From Turneriella sp. (GTDB taxonomy: Bacteria; Spirochaetota; Leptospiria; Turneriellales; Turneriellaceae), in the NCBI GenBank assembly GCA_965279515.1, contig CBDIID010000003.1, positions 3,264,001-3,328,000 on the forward strand: a stretch of 64,000 bases of DNA, read 5' to 3'. The position numbers were made by a program, and so were the translations under genes. Below are positions 1 to 9,942 of the stretch, in pieces. Under the pieces are notes generated by a model. It did not search any database. It was not told the DNA's origin and worked only from the letters and a program-made list of their open reading frames with translations. How positions within the stretch are numbered: the first letter of the stretch is position 1; the number at the start of each line of letters is the position of its first letter.

Positions 1-1
1 G

Positions 2-1888
2 ATCATCGTCGGCGCCGGCCATGCGGGCTGTGACGCCGCGCACATCACGGCGAAGGCGGGCCTCAAAACACTGCTCGTGACCATGTCGCTCGACACTATC
101 GGGCAGATGAGTTGCAACCCCTCGATCGGCGGTGTCGCAAAAGGCCACATGGTGCGCGAGGTCGACGCGTTGGGCGGCCTCATGGGGCTTGCGACCGACC
201 GCACCGGCATACACTACAAGATGCTCAACCGCAGCAAAGGCCCGGCCGTCTGGGGGCCGCGCGCGCAGGCTGACAAGAAGCTCTATCAGAACGAAGTCAA
301 ATTCATTCTCGAATCGACGCCCAACCTCGATATTCTGCAAGACAGCATTGTTGATCTGCTGATAGATGAATCAGCGGGATTTAAAAAGGTTACGGGTATT
401 TTAACCCAGCGCCGGCTCGAGATTCTCTCGCCGGCGGTTGTCATCACCACAGGTACTTTTCTGCGCGGCCTCATCCACGTTGGTGATTTTCAGACCGCTG
501 CGGGCCGCTACGGCGACAAAAGCTCGCAAGAACTTTCTCCCTCTTTAAACAGAATCGGTTTTGAACTCGGCCGCCTTAAGACCGGCACGCCGCCCCGTAT
601 CCATGGCGAGACCATCGACTACGCGGCGATGCAGACGCAGGAACCCGACGAGGTGCCGCAGCCTTTCAGTTTCTCATTTGAATACAAAAAAGAAAAACTC
701 TGGCAGCGGCAGATTAACTGTTACCTCACCTATACATCCGCCGAGACGCATAATGTGATTCGTGGTGCGCTCGACCGCTCGCCGCTTTACTCGGGGAAAA
801 TCAAATCGATCGGCCCGCGCTACTGTCCTTCCATCGAAGACAAGGTCGTGCGTTTCGCTGAAAAGGAACGCCACCAGATTTTTCTCGAACCCGAGGGTCT
901 GCGCACGCATGAAGTCTATGTCAACGGCATCTCGACGAGCTTGCCCGAAGACGTGCAGTGGAAGATTCTGCGTTCCATCAAAGGCTTGGAAAACGCGCAG
1001 ATGATGCGCCCGGGTTATGCGGTCGAATACGACTTCATTCAACCCACCGAACTTTACCCGACGCTCGAAACCAAAAAAGTGAAGGGGCTCTATCTCGCGG
1101 GCCAGATCAATGGCACCACGGGTTATGAAGAAGCTGCGGCGCAGGGCCTCATCGCCGGTTACAACATTATCTACCGCGCACAAGGCCGCGGCGAATTTAT
1201 CCTCAAGCGCGACGAAGCCTACATCGGTGTGTTGATCGACGATCTCGTCAACAAGGGCGTTGACGAGCCGTACCGCATGTTCACTTCGCGCGCCGAGCAC
1301 CGCCTCACTCTGCGGCAAGACAATGCGGATTTCCGCCTGATGCGCTTTGCGGCCGAACTGGGCATCGACGGCGGGCTGATGGCTGAGTGTGAAGAGAAAT
1401 ACACACGCTACGGCACTTATAAGGAAGCAATCCACAAGAAAAAGATCAGCGTGCCGTTGATTGAAAGCCTCGAAACGCAGGGCGTCAGCGTGCAGAAGGG
1501 CTCGGCGTATGAGTCTCTGCTGCGGCGCCCGCAACTTTCAGAAGAGGCCATCCGCCTGGTTTTTGCCGATCTGCGCGAAAACGTGCCGGCCTTGCAGCCG
1601 GTGACTGCTGAAGAAGAATTCAAGATCGCGATGGAAGTCAAGTACGACGGCTACAATGAGCGCGAAGCGAACCGCATGGGCCGCCGTGTCGACGCCGAAG
1701 ACAGGCCGATTCCCGAAGATTTTGATTACGATGTGCTCGACAGCGTCAAGTTTGAAGCGCGCGCCAAGTTAAAGAAGATACGCCCACGCACGCTGGGGCA
1801 GGCCGCGCGCATCAGCGGCGTTGATCCCAGCGATATTGATATTCTGCTGATCACCCTCGAAAACCAGCGCCGTGCGAAAGCCGGCTGA
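2..1888 (+). CDS. mnmG: tRNA uridine-5-carboxymethylaminomethyl modification enzyme MnmG/GidA (5' end truncated by the window)
   Basis: Frame is open from position 2 ([16 protein letters not shown]-binding motif). Contains [20 protein letters not shown] and [17 protein letters not shown] signatures. Confidence 0.98.
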   Translation: MIVGAGHAGCDAAHITAKAGLKTLLVTMSLDTIGQMSCNPSIGGVAKGHMVREVDALGGLMGLATDRTGIHYKMLNRSKGPAVWGPRAQADKKLYQNEVKFILESTPNLDILQDSIVDLLIDESAGFKKVTGILTQRRLEILSPAVVITTGTFLRGLIHVGDFQTAAGRYGDKSSQELSPSLNRIGFELGRLKTGTPPRIHGETIDYAAMQTQEPDEVPQPFSFSFEYKKEKLWQRQINCYLTYTSAETHNVIRGALDRSPLYSGKIKSIGPRYCPSIEDKVVRFAEKERHQIFLEPEGLRTHEVYVNGISTSLPEDVQWKILRSIKGLENAQMMRPGYAVEYDFIQPTELYPTLETKKVKGLYLAGQINGTTGYEEAAAQGLIAGYNIIYRAQGRGEFILKRDEAYIGVLIDDLVNKGVDEPYRMFTSRAEHRLTLRQDNADFRLMRFAAELGIDGGLMAECEEKYTRYGTYKEAIHKKKISVPLIESLETQGVSVQKGSAYESLLRRPQLSEEAIRLVFADLRENVPALQPVTAEEEFKIAMEVKYDGYNEREANRMGRRVDAEDRPIPEDFDYDVLDSVKFEARAKLKKIRPRTLGQAARISGVDPSDIDILLITLENQRRAKAG

Positions 1889-1906
1889 TTTTCAATCACC
1901 GGGATA

Positions 1907-2239
1907 TTACTTCTCGGCCTGTTTTTTACGTCTGGAAAGTTTTGCCGATAATCCCGTAAGCTCGAAGATTGGAAGAATCGCGGGCGGTATGTTTAAGACA
2001 CGAAAAGATAAGCTGCGTGCCGCCGTCTGATTCAGGGTCTGTGCAATCAGGCCAAGCCCCGCGGAATCGATTTGTGTGACTTTTTCCAGATCGAGAACCA
2101 TTTCTTTCAGATCTGCCGTCAGCCACGGCTTTAGCTCGCTCTTAAACTGTATTGCGCCGCTGAACACCAGGGCTCCTTCAGCATAGATCGTGAGGATGCC
2201 GTCATGCATGATCGTGGTTAGTTTGAGTTTTTCACCCAT
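1907..2239 (-). CDS. STAS domain anti-sigma factor antagonist
   Basis: About 110 aa from MGEKLKL. Has LDLEKVTQIDSAGLG (phospho-Ser motif) and IFELTGL. Confidence 0.85.
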   Translation of the reverse strand: MGEKLKLTTIMHDGILTIYAEGALVFSGAIQFKSELKPWLTADLKEMVLDLEKVTQIDSAGLGLIAQTLNQTAARSLSFRVLNIPPAILPIFELTGLSAKLSRRKKQAEK

Positions 2240-2314
2240 GAGCGATTGGGTCGAAAACCTCCATGCCCTTACAGATGCACAGCGAAAAAAAATCCGGCGC
2301 ACTCAGGGGCGGGA

Positions 2315-2339
2315 ATACCCCCTGTTCAGGGGGTATAAT
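2315..2339. promoter_or_regulatory. Perfect palindrome overlapping a TATAAT -10 box; candidate operator
   Basis: ATACCCCCTG-TT-CAGGGGGTAT at 2315-2336; TATAAT at 2334-2339; lies in a divergent intergenic region. Confidence 0.55.
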
Positions 2340-2381
2340 AACAATGGAAAGACTTTGCAGGGGAGAAATTATTCGGCACAC

Positions 2382-3659
2382 ATGCCGATGTCGGTCATTC
2401 TGCGCAATTTTTGGCTAGGCGTCTGGCTCGTATCGCCTCTCATCGCCCAGGTGCCCGCAGAACCCCCGACTGTTGCATCCCGGGGTACAGTCCAGCGCAA
2501 GGTGCTTATCTTCGATTTTGAGAACCAGACTGGAAAAATCGAGTTTGATTATCTCGCGGGTAGCATCTCAGACGCACTGGCCGACGCGATCAAGAAGACC
2601 GGAAAATTCCGCATCATGCTGCGTGAAGACGCGCGCATAAACTCGGTTGCGGATTCGCAGAGACCGCAGACGGCAGCTACGCCGCCTGAGACTCCGTCGA
2701 CCCATGCAACTTCGGCGGCACCACCTGTTTCGGCAATGCCTGCCGCGGGCGCGGAAAATAAGGGGGCTGCGAACACGGTGTTGATCATGAACGTCAAAGT
2801 CGCGCGCAAAGAAGCGCTCAGGCGTGGCCGTGAAGCCGGTGCGGATGTCGTGGTCTTGGGAAAATTTTCTGAACTCAATGGCGTGCTTTTGATGAGCGCG
2901 CAGGCTTTTGAAGCCGATACGAGGCAGCTCAAAGTTTCTGAAGAGGTACTCACCAAATCAGACAGCGACATGTTCAACGGTATCAATATTCTTGCGAACA
3001 AGATTGCCGAATCGATGGCGCGCGAATTACCGATGTTCGACGCCGCTGAGGCCGAACGGCGCAGAGCGCTTGCCGAGGGCATCAAGGCCGAAGTGCGCGA
3101 TTGGGAAATCCAACTTTTTGCAGGCTTTCCACTCTTGCACCCGCTTTACAGCAGCGACGGTACGATCACGTATTCAAAGGGCATACCGGTACAGAAGCTG
3201 ACGGGCTATTCCCTCGGAGCGACATTCTGGGACAGCATGTTGGTGCGCAAATTCAGTTTTATGCCGAGGGGCGCCCGCCTGGGGTTGCAGAGCAAGTTGA
3301 CGCTCCTCAGCGGGCAGGCCGATATCGTCGGCGCCAACGCCGTCGTGCTCACGCAGGGAGCTGCGCTCAGCGGTGTTTTTGTTTCGAACCACCTGATGTT
3401 CGGTGTTCCCTACTGGCAGTGGGAGCGCTTCATCGCGTTCGCCGAGGTGGGCGGCGGCGCCGTTTACACGCGGCTTACGACGACCGATAGCACGATTTTC
3501 TCCAGTTGGCAACCGAGCGCCGTGCTCGGTACGTCGGGTGCGTATCATTTTTCGTACTGGAGTCTGGGCTTGAGTTACCGGGCGCAGTTCACGATGTTTG
3601 CCCAAAACCAGGTGTTCATGCAGCACGATCTTTGGCTTTATGCGGGGGTGAGGTTGTGA
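2382..3659 (+). CDS. Exported protein with an N-terminal TolB-N/CsgG/FlgO-like domain and a C-terminal outer-membrane beta-barrel
   Basis: Signal peptide, then VLIFDFENQTGKIEFDYLAGSISDAL and GADVVVLGKF. C-terminal half has amphipathic strands ending LYAGVRL. Start uncertain. Confidence 0.6.
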   Translation: MPMSVILRNFWLGVWLVSPLIAQVPAEPPTVASRGTVQRKVLIFDFENQTGKIEFDYLAGSISDALADAIKKTGKFRIMLREDARINSVADSQRPQTAATPPETPSTHATSAAPPVSAMPAAGAENKGAANTVLIMNVKVARKEALRRGREAGADVVVLGKFSELNGVLLMSAQAFEADTRQLKVSEEVLTKSDSDMFNGINILANKIAESMARELPMFDAAEAERRRALAEGIKAEVRDWEIQLFAGFPLLHPLYSSDGTITYSKGIPVQKLTGYSLGATFWDSMLVRKFSFMPRGARLGLQSKLTLLSGQADIVGANAVVLTQGAALSGVFVSNHLMFGVPYWQWERFIAFAEVGGGAVYTRLTTTDSTIFSSWQPSAVLGTSGAYHFSYWSLGLSYRAQFTMFAQNQVFMQHDLWLYAGVRL

Positions 3660-4657
3660 GAAGCAAAGTCAGCACAATTTTTCTTGGGATGTTGTTCGCA
3701 TCCTGCATGGCGATCGATCAGAAAGATGCATTTCTCGATGCTGAGATTGCAAAGCGGCCGGTCATTCTATTCGCCGATGATTTTGAGAACGGGCTCGGTC
3801 AATGGAGCCAGGTTTCGGGCAGTTGGACAACCGGCACACCCGCCATAAATGGGGGCGCGCTGATAAGCCCGACCGGCGCCTCAGCCACACCCTATAATCT
3901 GACAACGACAAACGATATTGATCTGCGCGGTCGCGCGAACTGCGAGCTCAAGTATGATGTCAGATTCGATTTGAGCGCAACCTCGGGCGTTGCTGCACAA
4001 ATTCTCTATGCAGGAAATATTGTCGGTGAGTTTAAACAAACTTCTGGTACCGCGGCGATGTCGAGCGCATCACAGTTTCTGGCGCGCAAAGCAATCTTAA
4101 CTGCGGGGATAACCGGAAAATTGACAATTCTCATTCAGGTTCCGTCAGGGACATCCGATCTTCGAGTCGACAATGTCTCCGTGACTTGCAACAACGCACC
4201 GCCGACAAGCGTCACGCTTGCGTACGAGAACATGGGCTCAACTGCAAACTGGGTGCTCCAATCCGCATGGGCAGGTTCGGCCAGCGGCGGTTACTTAGGA
4301 ACTGCAAGCATACAGTTACCTTTTTCTGCCTATGCCGGCACCGGTGTAAGCGGAGGCACCCAGAATGCGTCGTTTCAACCGGCTCTGGGCTTTGCGAATC
4401 GATTCGCATGCGAGTTGAGCTATTATTATTCAATACAGGCGAACAACGCATCCAATTGTATGCTTCTGGAAATTAACGGCAGCAATATCTGGACTCTTTG
4501 CAATGTCACGCAAACGGGCAATATCTCGAGATATTTAACCGCATTCGAGGGAACATCGGCTAATACACTGCAGTTTCGCTGCAGGGACAGTGACCCCGGC
4601 AATTCGGTGAGCATTGGTTGCACCGTCGATGAGCTCAAGGTGACCTGCCAGGAGTGA
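3656..4657 (+). CDS. Lipoprotein with two beta-sandwich-like, Cys-containing repeats
   Basis: GTG start overlaps the upstream stop (GTGA). Lipobox LFASC. Two repeats: FADDFENG...VDNVSVTC and YENMGS...VDELKVTC. Confidence 0.6.
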   Translation: MRSKVSTIFLGMLFASCMAIDQKDAFLDAEIAKRPVILFADDFENGLGQWSQVSGSWTTGTPAINGGALISPTGASATPYNLTTTNDIDLRGRANCELKYDVRFDLSATSGVAAQILYAGNIVGEFKQTSGTAAMSSASQFLARKAILTAGITGKLTILIQVPSGTSDLRVDNVSVTCNNAPPTSVTLAYENMGSTANWVLQSAWAGSASGGYLGTASIQLPFSAYAGTGVSGGTQNASFQPALGFANRFACELSYYYSIQANNASNCMLLEINGSNIWTLCNVTQTGNISRYLTAFEGTSANTLQFRCRDSDPGNSVSIGCTVDELKVTCQE

Positions 4658-5098
4658 TCACACCTCGAGCCAGATCGTCACCGGCCCGTCATTGACGAGG
4701 CTCAACTGCATGTCGGCCGCGAACTTGCCTGTTTTGATTTCTTTGCCCAACAGCGTCCCGAGTTCTGCAACATACAGTTCATAGAGTGGGATTGCCACCT
4801 CAGGTTTCGCGGCGTTCATGAATGATGGCCTGTTTCCCTTTTGTGTATCAGCCATTAGCGTAAACTGTGAGACGACCAGCGCTTCGCCGTGGGTATCGGC
4901 GAGACTCAGGTTCATTTTACCTTCAGTATCATAGAAGATGCGCAGGGCTGCCGTCTTCTTCGCGAGCGTCGCGGCTTTTTCAGGCGAGTCTTCGTGACCG
5001 ACGCCGAGGAGAATCAGCAGCCCCGGGCCAATTTCGCTGAAACGTTTGTCGTCGATGTCCACCGCGGCGTGTTTGACGCGCTGAATCAGGGCAACCAT
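4658..5098 (-). CDS. dtd: D-aminoacyl-tRNA deacylase
   Basis: MVALIQRV start; SQFTL, GNRPSF and NDGPVT motifs. Confidence 0.97.
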   Translation of the reverse strand: MVALIQRVKHAAVDIDDKRFSEIGPGLLILLGVGHEDSPEKAATLAKKTAALRIFYDTEGKMNLSLADTHGEALVVSQFTLMADTQKGNRPSFMNAAKPEVAIPLYELYVAELGTLLGKEIKTGKFAADMQLSLVNDGPVTIWLEV

Positions 5099-5843
5099 GG
5101 GTACGCAAATGCAATCGCAGCCTGACGCCACAAGGGGATTTCCAGAGCCGCAGCCGCCGCTCGCCCCACCGCCGCGCTGGCGCGTGCTCTTTGAAGCGCA
5201 GGCAGCAGCTGAGCTCGCGAACCTCGGCCTCAGGTACCGCGAACTCACGCGCACCCGGGCTCAGTTCGCCTATCCGATAATTCTGTTTCCAGGTTTTGGC
5301 ACCAGCGAGCGTGCGCTTTCTTTTCTCAGCCGCTACCTCAAAACCATTGGCGCCACAGTGCATGACTGGGGTATCGGCCGCAACCATGGCTATGTGCCGG
5401 ACCTTTTGACACAGATGCTCGAACAGGTGCGCACGCTCTCACGGCAGCGTGGCACAAAGCTGCACCTGGTAGGCTGGAGCCTCGGCGGCTATATCGCGCG
5501 CGAAGTGGCGCGCGATTTACCCGAGTTGGTAGAGAAAGTTGTCACGCTGGGCACGCCGGTGATTGGCGGTCCTAAATACACGGCCATTGGCGAGATGTAC
5601 GCCCAATGGGGTTTCGATCTCGACGCCATGGAGCGTGATGTCAAAGCAAGGGAGATCAACCCGATTCAGAATGAAATCCTCGCGATTTATTCAAAGGCCG
5701 ACAACATTGTCAGCTGGCAGGCGTGCATCGATTCTGTATCGCCGCACGTGCGTCATATGGAAACAACGGGCTCGCATCTGGGGCTGGTCGTCAATGCGCA
5801 TGCGTATGAGCAGATCAGGGCATTTCTATCGGCCGCGGATTAA
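5097..5843 (+). CDS. Alpha/beta hydrolase (esterase/lipase-like)
   Basis: PGF oxyanion motif, GWSLGG nucleophile elbow, D(NIV) and SH(LG) triad residues. Start may be 5109. Confidence 0.85.
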   Translation: MGTQMQSQPDATRGFPEPQPPLAPPPRWRVLFEAQAAAELANLGLRYRELTRTRAQFAYPIILFPGFGTSERALSFLSRYLKTIGATVHDWGIGRNHGYVPDLLTQMLEQVRTLSRQRGTKLHLVGWSLGGYIAREVARDLPELVEKVVTLGTPVIGGPKYTAIGEMYAQWGFDLDAMERDVKAREINPIQNEILAIYSKADNIVSWQACIDSVSPHVRHMETTGSHLGLVVNAHAYEQIRAFLSAAD

Positions 5844-5879
5844 CACGCATAGCAATGATTGCCAGCCCTGTGTTCGCTT

Positions 5880-7613
5880 TTAGTGCCAGCCTGAGATATA
5901 GCGCCCCGATTGGCAGAGTTCGGCATATGAAATAAAGAGGGCGCGTTTGGTTACAACGCACTCGAGTTTGAGTTCACGGTGCTTATGGTTGGCAATGCGC
6001 GTCACGAGAAAGTGTTTTTCGCCATTTACGGGCGTTATGGCGGTCCACTTCGAACCCAGAATTTTGCCGAAGGAAATCTTCGCAGCCTTCGTTTTCTCCG
6101 CGGCTGGGGCCGCGCTGCGGATTTTCCGCCGCGCGGTATAGTCTTCCAGGTATTTTTGGAATTTCTTCATAACGTATTCATGCACGGGGGCCTGTGTCTG
6201 CGCATAAATACCCCAGGGTAATGCCGGCTCAAAATCGTGGATGGCGGCCAGAGCCTGCCCCATCGCGGGCAGGGTACGGAATTCCAGCCTGCCCGAAGGT
6301 GCCGCACCCTGGCGCAGCAACATACCACCGGTAATATAGTACAGAGCGCGCGTACTGTCAGAACGCTCGACAGAATAGCCGAGCTTGAGCAGGGTCAAAC
6401 CCTGCCCTGAAAAGATAAGATCGCGGCCGTGCATCGTCACCTTAATGAGTCCGCGCAGGTAGGCTTCCAGCCAGCGGCCATAACGCAATGCCAGCCAATG
6501 TGCGTCGACGCCCTCGGGAATGTCGAGCCGCTGTACAGAGCGTACATTGCGTGGTTTATTGGGTTTGAGCATCGGTAGCCTCAGCTTTAAAGCCGTTTCG
6601 GCAGCCGCTGCAGCTAACATTTGCGGCAATGTTTGCGGATCGCGCCCGATGAGCGCGGGCAAAGCATTATCCGCGGCCAGCATATCATGCTTGAGGCTCT
6701 CTACCAACGGATCTATCAGCGTGCGCGCCGCGCCGGAAAAAATCCGCACCCACAGTTTGCTGAGCGCATAGGAGTTTACGGGTAATGTGAATATGCGCAG
6801 GTTTCTGCCGAGAGCCTTGGCTGCAGCCTGCATCAATTGATTATAACTCACTGTAGCTGCGGATCCGATGTTCAGCACCTTGTACGTGTGCTGCACCGGT
6901 TGTTTTTTCCTCAACTTGCCGGATTGAGCAAGAGCCTGGGGGGGCACACGGGCCTCAAAACTGGACTCAACCGCAGCGTACGCTTTTTCGCTGCAAGCGA
7001 CCAGGGCCGCCACTGTGTCGGCGATACTGACGGGCTGTGATTTCGAGCGGGTCCAGGCGGGGCACACCATGACCGGTAGTCGCTTCACAAGCCGGGTCAG
7101 TACCTGATAAGAGGAGCCACCCGCACCGATCACGAGACCCGCGCGTAAGGCAATAAGTTTGGCGCCGTAACTTGCCAGAGTGCGCTCCACTTCTAAACGG
7201 CTGCGTAGGTGCAGCGATAGTTCGCCGGCGGGTACAATTCCGCCCAGATAAACGATGCGCTGAATTCCAGCTTCGTGGCAGGCGCGCGCAAAATTGTCTG
7301 CCACAATCAGGTCGAGATCCTGAAAGGTACCCTGCGTCAGCCGGTTGTTCGGCAGCATCGAATGTATGAGATAAATTGCGGTGGCGCAGCCTTGCAGGCC
7401 GTCGGCAACCTGTTTCAACGAAAAAACGTCGCACGAACGCGTCTCGAGGGCCTCGCCTGAACCGCTGTCAGCAACGGAGCGTGCGAGTATGCGCACTCTG
7501 TGTCCGCGGCGCAGAAGCTCGACTGACAAGGCCTTACCCGCGAATCCAGTACCACCAGCGATGGCAATCCGGCCGGCAGCGGCCCGCGCTTTCAATGACG
7601 GCGATGGTACCAT
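5880..7613 (-). CDS. Atypical SDR / NAD(P)H-binding protein (YbjT-like) fused to a C-terminal TIGR02450-like domain
   Basis: GGTGFAG Rossmann motif, YLIHSM, HLRSRLEVE and LRAGLVIG. Tail is SKWTAITPVNGEKHFLV...GW. Confidence 0.75.
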   Translation of the reverse strand: MVPSPSLKARAAAGRIAIAGGTGFAGKALSVELLRRGHRVRILARSVADSGSGEALETRSCDVFSLKQVADGLQGCATAIYLIHSMLPNNRLTQGTFQDLDLIVADNFARACHEAGIQRIVYLGGIVPAGELSLHLRSRLEVERTLASYGAKLIALRAGLVIGAGGSSYQVLTRLVKRLPVMVCPAWTRSKSQPVSIADTVAALVACSEKAYAAVESSFEARVPPQALAQSGKLRKKQPVQHTYKVLNIGSAATVSYNQLMQAAAKALGRNLRIFTLPVNSYALSKLWVRIFSGAARTLIDPLVESLKHDMLAADNALPALIGRDPQTLPQMLAAAAAETALKLRLPMLKPNKPRNVRSVQRLDIPEGVDAHWLALRYGRWLEAYLRGLIKVTMHGRDLIFSGQGLTLLKLGYSVERSDSTRALYYITGGMLLRQGAAPSGRLEFRTLPAMGQALAAIHDFEPALPWGIYAQTQAPVHEYVMKKFQKYLEDYTARRKIRSAAPAAEKTKAAKISFGKILGSKWTAITPVNGEKHFLVTRIANHKHRELKLECVVTKRALFISYAELCQSGRYISGWH

Positions 7614-7909
7614 AGCAGGTGCTACATACCAGCCCCCCGGTGGTAAACCACAAACCGCAACGAGCAGGGACGGATGCCCGAAGTAATTCAACCCGCGTGG
7701 CATACAACCGTGGCATCATGTTAGACGCATTTGGGCCTTGTGGTGAACGCCGTCGTTCTGAGGCATATGTGTATTATCAAAAAAAATCTGTAAGACTGGC
7801 TCGTTTCTTCGGACCATCTGTAGCGTGCGGAATAGGCGCGAATGCCAAATGTGAAATTTGGTCTTGGTGCCATTTCCTCTCTGCGAAAATTTTTTTGAGA
7901 GGTAATTCA

Positions 7910-8347
7910 ATGAAGAAAATATTCTTTTTACTCACCGTGGCCGCCATGACGGCGGCGTTCGCTAAAGCCGGGAAAGCAGAATTCGGCGGTTACTGTGTGG
8001 TTGCTTACGTGGATGCCAATGCCGCAGTTCTGGGTACCGACAAATACGTCAGCCTGTATCAGGGCAAAACTTACTATTTTGTAAACCAGGGTGCCAAGGA
8101 TAATTTTGACAAAGACCCAGAGAAATATGCCAAAACCATTAAGTATAAAACATTTTGCGCCACGGCCGTGGCTTATGGTAAAAAGGTCGCCAGCGATCCT
8201 TCGCTGTTCAGCAATGTCAACGGTCACATTTACTTTTTTGCCAACCCGGGCGCAAAGGCCATGTTCGACAAAGACCAGCAAGTTACCATCGAAAAGGCCG
8301 AAGCAAACTGGAAAAAAGCAAAAGGGAACCCTGATGGGTTAAAGTAA
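7910..8347 (+). CDS. Secreted tandem YHS-domain protein
   Basis: Signal peptide MKKIFFLL. GGYCVVAY, YQGKTYYF...FDKDPEKY, and a second repeat VNGHIYFF. RBS GAGAGG. Confidence 0.8.
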   Translation: MKKIFFLLTVAAMTAAFAKAGKAEFGGYCVVAYVDANAAVLGTDKYVSLYQGKTYYFVNQGAKDNFDKDPEKYAKTIKYKTFCATAVAYGKKVASDPSLFSNVNGHIYFFANPGAKAMFDKDQQVTIEKAEANWKKAKGNPDGLK

Positions 8348-8439
8348 GCCGGTTGTGAAACGCGTCTAATGCTTTATTGAAGTTGAACGATGCGTCATTT
8401 TTTGTTTGCCGCCTGTTTCCAGTGGGATTTCCATCCGCC

Positions 8440-9258
8440 ATGAAAACATTCCAAGGCCGTGTGGCCGTCATCACTGGCGCAGGCTCGGGCATCGGCCGCG
8501 CGCTCGCTCTCAACCTGGCTCAAAAGGGTTGTAAACTCGCTCTCAGCGACATCCGCGCCGAAAGCGTCGCCGAAACGGCTAAGCTCTGCGAGGCTTACAC
8601 AGGCGATGTCATGTTCGACGCGATGGACGTCGCCGATAAAAAGGCGATGCAGGCTTATCCAGACAAGGTCATCCAAAAATTCGGCGCGGTACACATCGTG
8701 ATCAACAATGCCGGCGTCGCGGTCTCGGCGAGCGTCGAAGAGACCAGCATCGAAGACTATGAGTGGCTCATGGGCATCAACTGGTGGGGCGTGCTCTACG
8801 GCACGAAATTTTTTCTGCCGCATCTGCAAAAGGTGGATGAAGCGCATATCGTGAATATCTCGAGCGTATTCGGCCTCATCGGTGTGCCCACGCAGTCGGC
8901 GTACAATGCCGCCAAATTCGCCGTGCGCGGTTTTACAGAATCACTGCGGCAAGAACTTGCCGACACACACATCGGCGTCAGCTGTGTGCACCCCGGCGGC
9001 ATCAAGACCAACATTGCCGCGTACGCGCGCTACAAGACCGGCCCGAACGGAGACACCAACCATGCGACTGCCAGTGAAAAATTCGCAAAGCTCGCGCGCA
9101 CGACGCCCGAAGAGGCCGCGGCGACGATTGTGAAAGGTATTGAAAAAAAATCTCCGCGTGTGCTGATCGGCGCCGACGCTGTGGCGATCGACGTCATGGC
9201 GCGCACCATGCCCGAGAGTTATTCAACGGTTTTAGGCCAGCTGCTGAAACTTGGCTAG
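8440..9258 (+). CDS. Short-chain dehydrogenase/reductase
   Basis: TGAGSGIG, NNAG and YNAAK motifs. Confidence 0.93.
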   Translation: MKTFQGRVAVITGAGSGIGRALALNLAQKGCKLALSDIRAESVAETAKLCEAYTGDVMFDAMDVADKKAMQAYPDKVIQKFGAVHIVINNAGVAVSASVEETSIEDYEWLMGINWWGVLYGTKFFLPHLQKVDEAHIVNISSVFGLIGVPTQSAYNAAKFAVRGFTESLRQELADTHIGVSCVHPGGIKTNIAAYARYKTGPNGDTNHATASEKFAKLARTTPEEAAATIVKGIEKKSPRVLIGADAVAIDVMARTMPESYSTVLGQLLKLG

Positions 9259-9311
9259 CCATAGGGGAAATTTCTTTACATGGTGCGTCCCGCCGGGCGC
9301 GCTGAGTCTCC

Positions 9312-9869
9312 GTGTCGCGCAGGGATATAATCTTACGATGGGGTATTGTAACCTGCCTGCTGTCATGCACCGCCTGCAAGACATTTGACATCCAACGCGA
9401 TGCCTACGATGGCTCGCGCATCATCGAGTATTCGGTGATTGCCGGTGATCGCGGCGGCGCAGATACCCTGGATTCGATCGATCTGAAATTCCAGAAAACC
9501 ATCCGAAAAACGGGAACTCCCGGCCTGCGGTTATTTTTCCATGCAGTCGGCAACGCCTACATGGCGCTCAGTATCGAGCCGCAGCTGACCGTAAAGGTCG
9601 ACGGAAAGGAGAATTTACTGCCGATTGCCAATCTGAGTTATTCCGGGGAGCGCGCCGGAGGCGCTGACCACAAGGGCTACCTGGATACGGGCATTCCTTA
9701 CCTGCATATTCGAGGAGAAGTCGACCTGGCAGCAGTGAAAGAGCAGTTACTCAAAGCCGATGCGCTCGTGATGCGGCTGCAACGCGAAGGTAAATCCGCC
9801 ATCTTTGTATTCTCAGCGCGTGAGGTCCAAAACGTTCAAAAACTCGTCCAGCATACAGGCGATGAGTAG
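9312..9869 (+). CDS. Hypothetical lipoprotein
   Basis: 185 aa ORF with a hydrophobic N-terminus and a lipobox-like LLSC/TAC. Confidence 0.6.
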   Translation: MSRRDIILRWGIVTCLLSCTACKTFDIQRDAYDGSRIIEYSVIAGDRGGADTLDSIDLKFQKTIRKTGTPGLRLFFHAVGNAYMALSIEPQLTVKVDGKENLLPIANLSYSGERAGGADHKGYLDTGIPYLHIRGEVDLAAVKEQLLKADALVMRLQREGKSAIFVFSAREVQNVQKLVQHTGDE

Positions 9870-9891
9870 TTTCAAAATTTGTGGCCTGTTA

Positions 9892-9907
9892 ATCGTATAT
9901 TTACGAT
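9892..9907. promoter_or_regulatory. Probable ArsR operator
   Basis: Inverted repeat ATCGTA-TATT-TACGAT about 35 bp upstream of arsC. Confidence 0.65.
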
Positions 9908-9942
9908 ATTAGATCAGAAAGCCAATACTGGAGTTATTAACT

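Noticed and set aside
674..1534. Long antisense or alternative-frame ORFs (also 10316-11377, 17727-18629, 26576-27466, 34180-35025, 42968-43717, 61968-62753)
   Set aside because: They overlap well-supported genes and show no family motifs; such shadows are expected in moderately GC-rich coding DNA.
2315..2336. Second copy of the dxr palindromic element
   Set aside because: It lacks the AACCCC leader and the TTATA loop, and fits an operator better.
7614..7909. Riboswitch or ncRNA upstream of the YHS gene
   Set aside because: Only a short CCTCTC/GAGAGG pairing and a CGTGGCAT direct repeat are visible; I recognise no Rfam-like structure.
7619..7909. Long N-terminal extensions given by the ORF track (also dtd, the SDRs, HIT and xseA)
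   Set aside because: Downstream starts fit family N-termini, signal peptides or RBS positions better.
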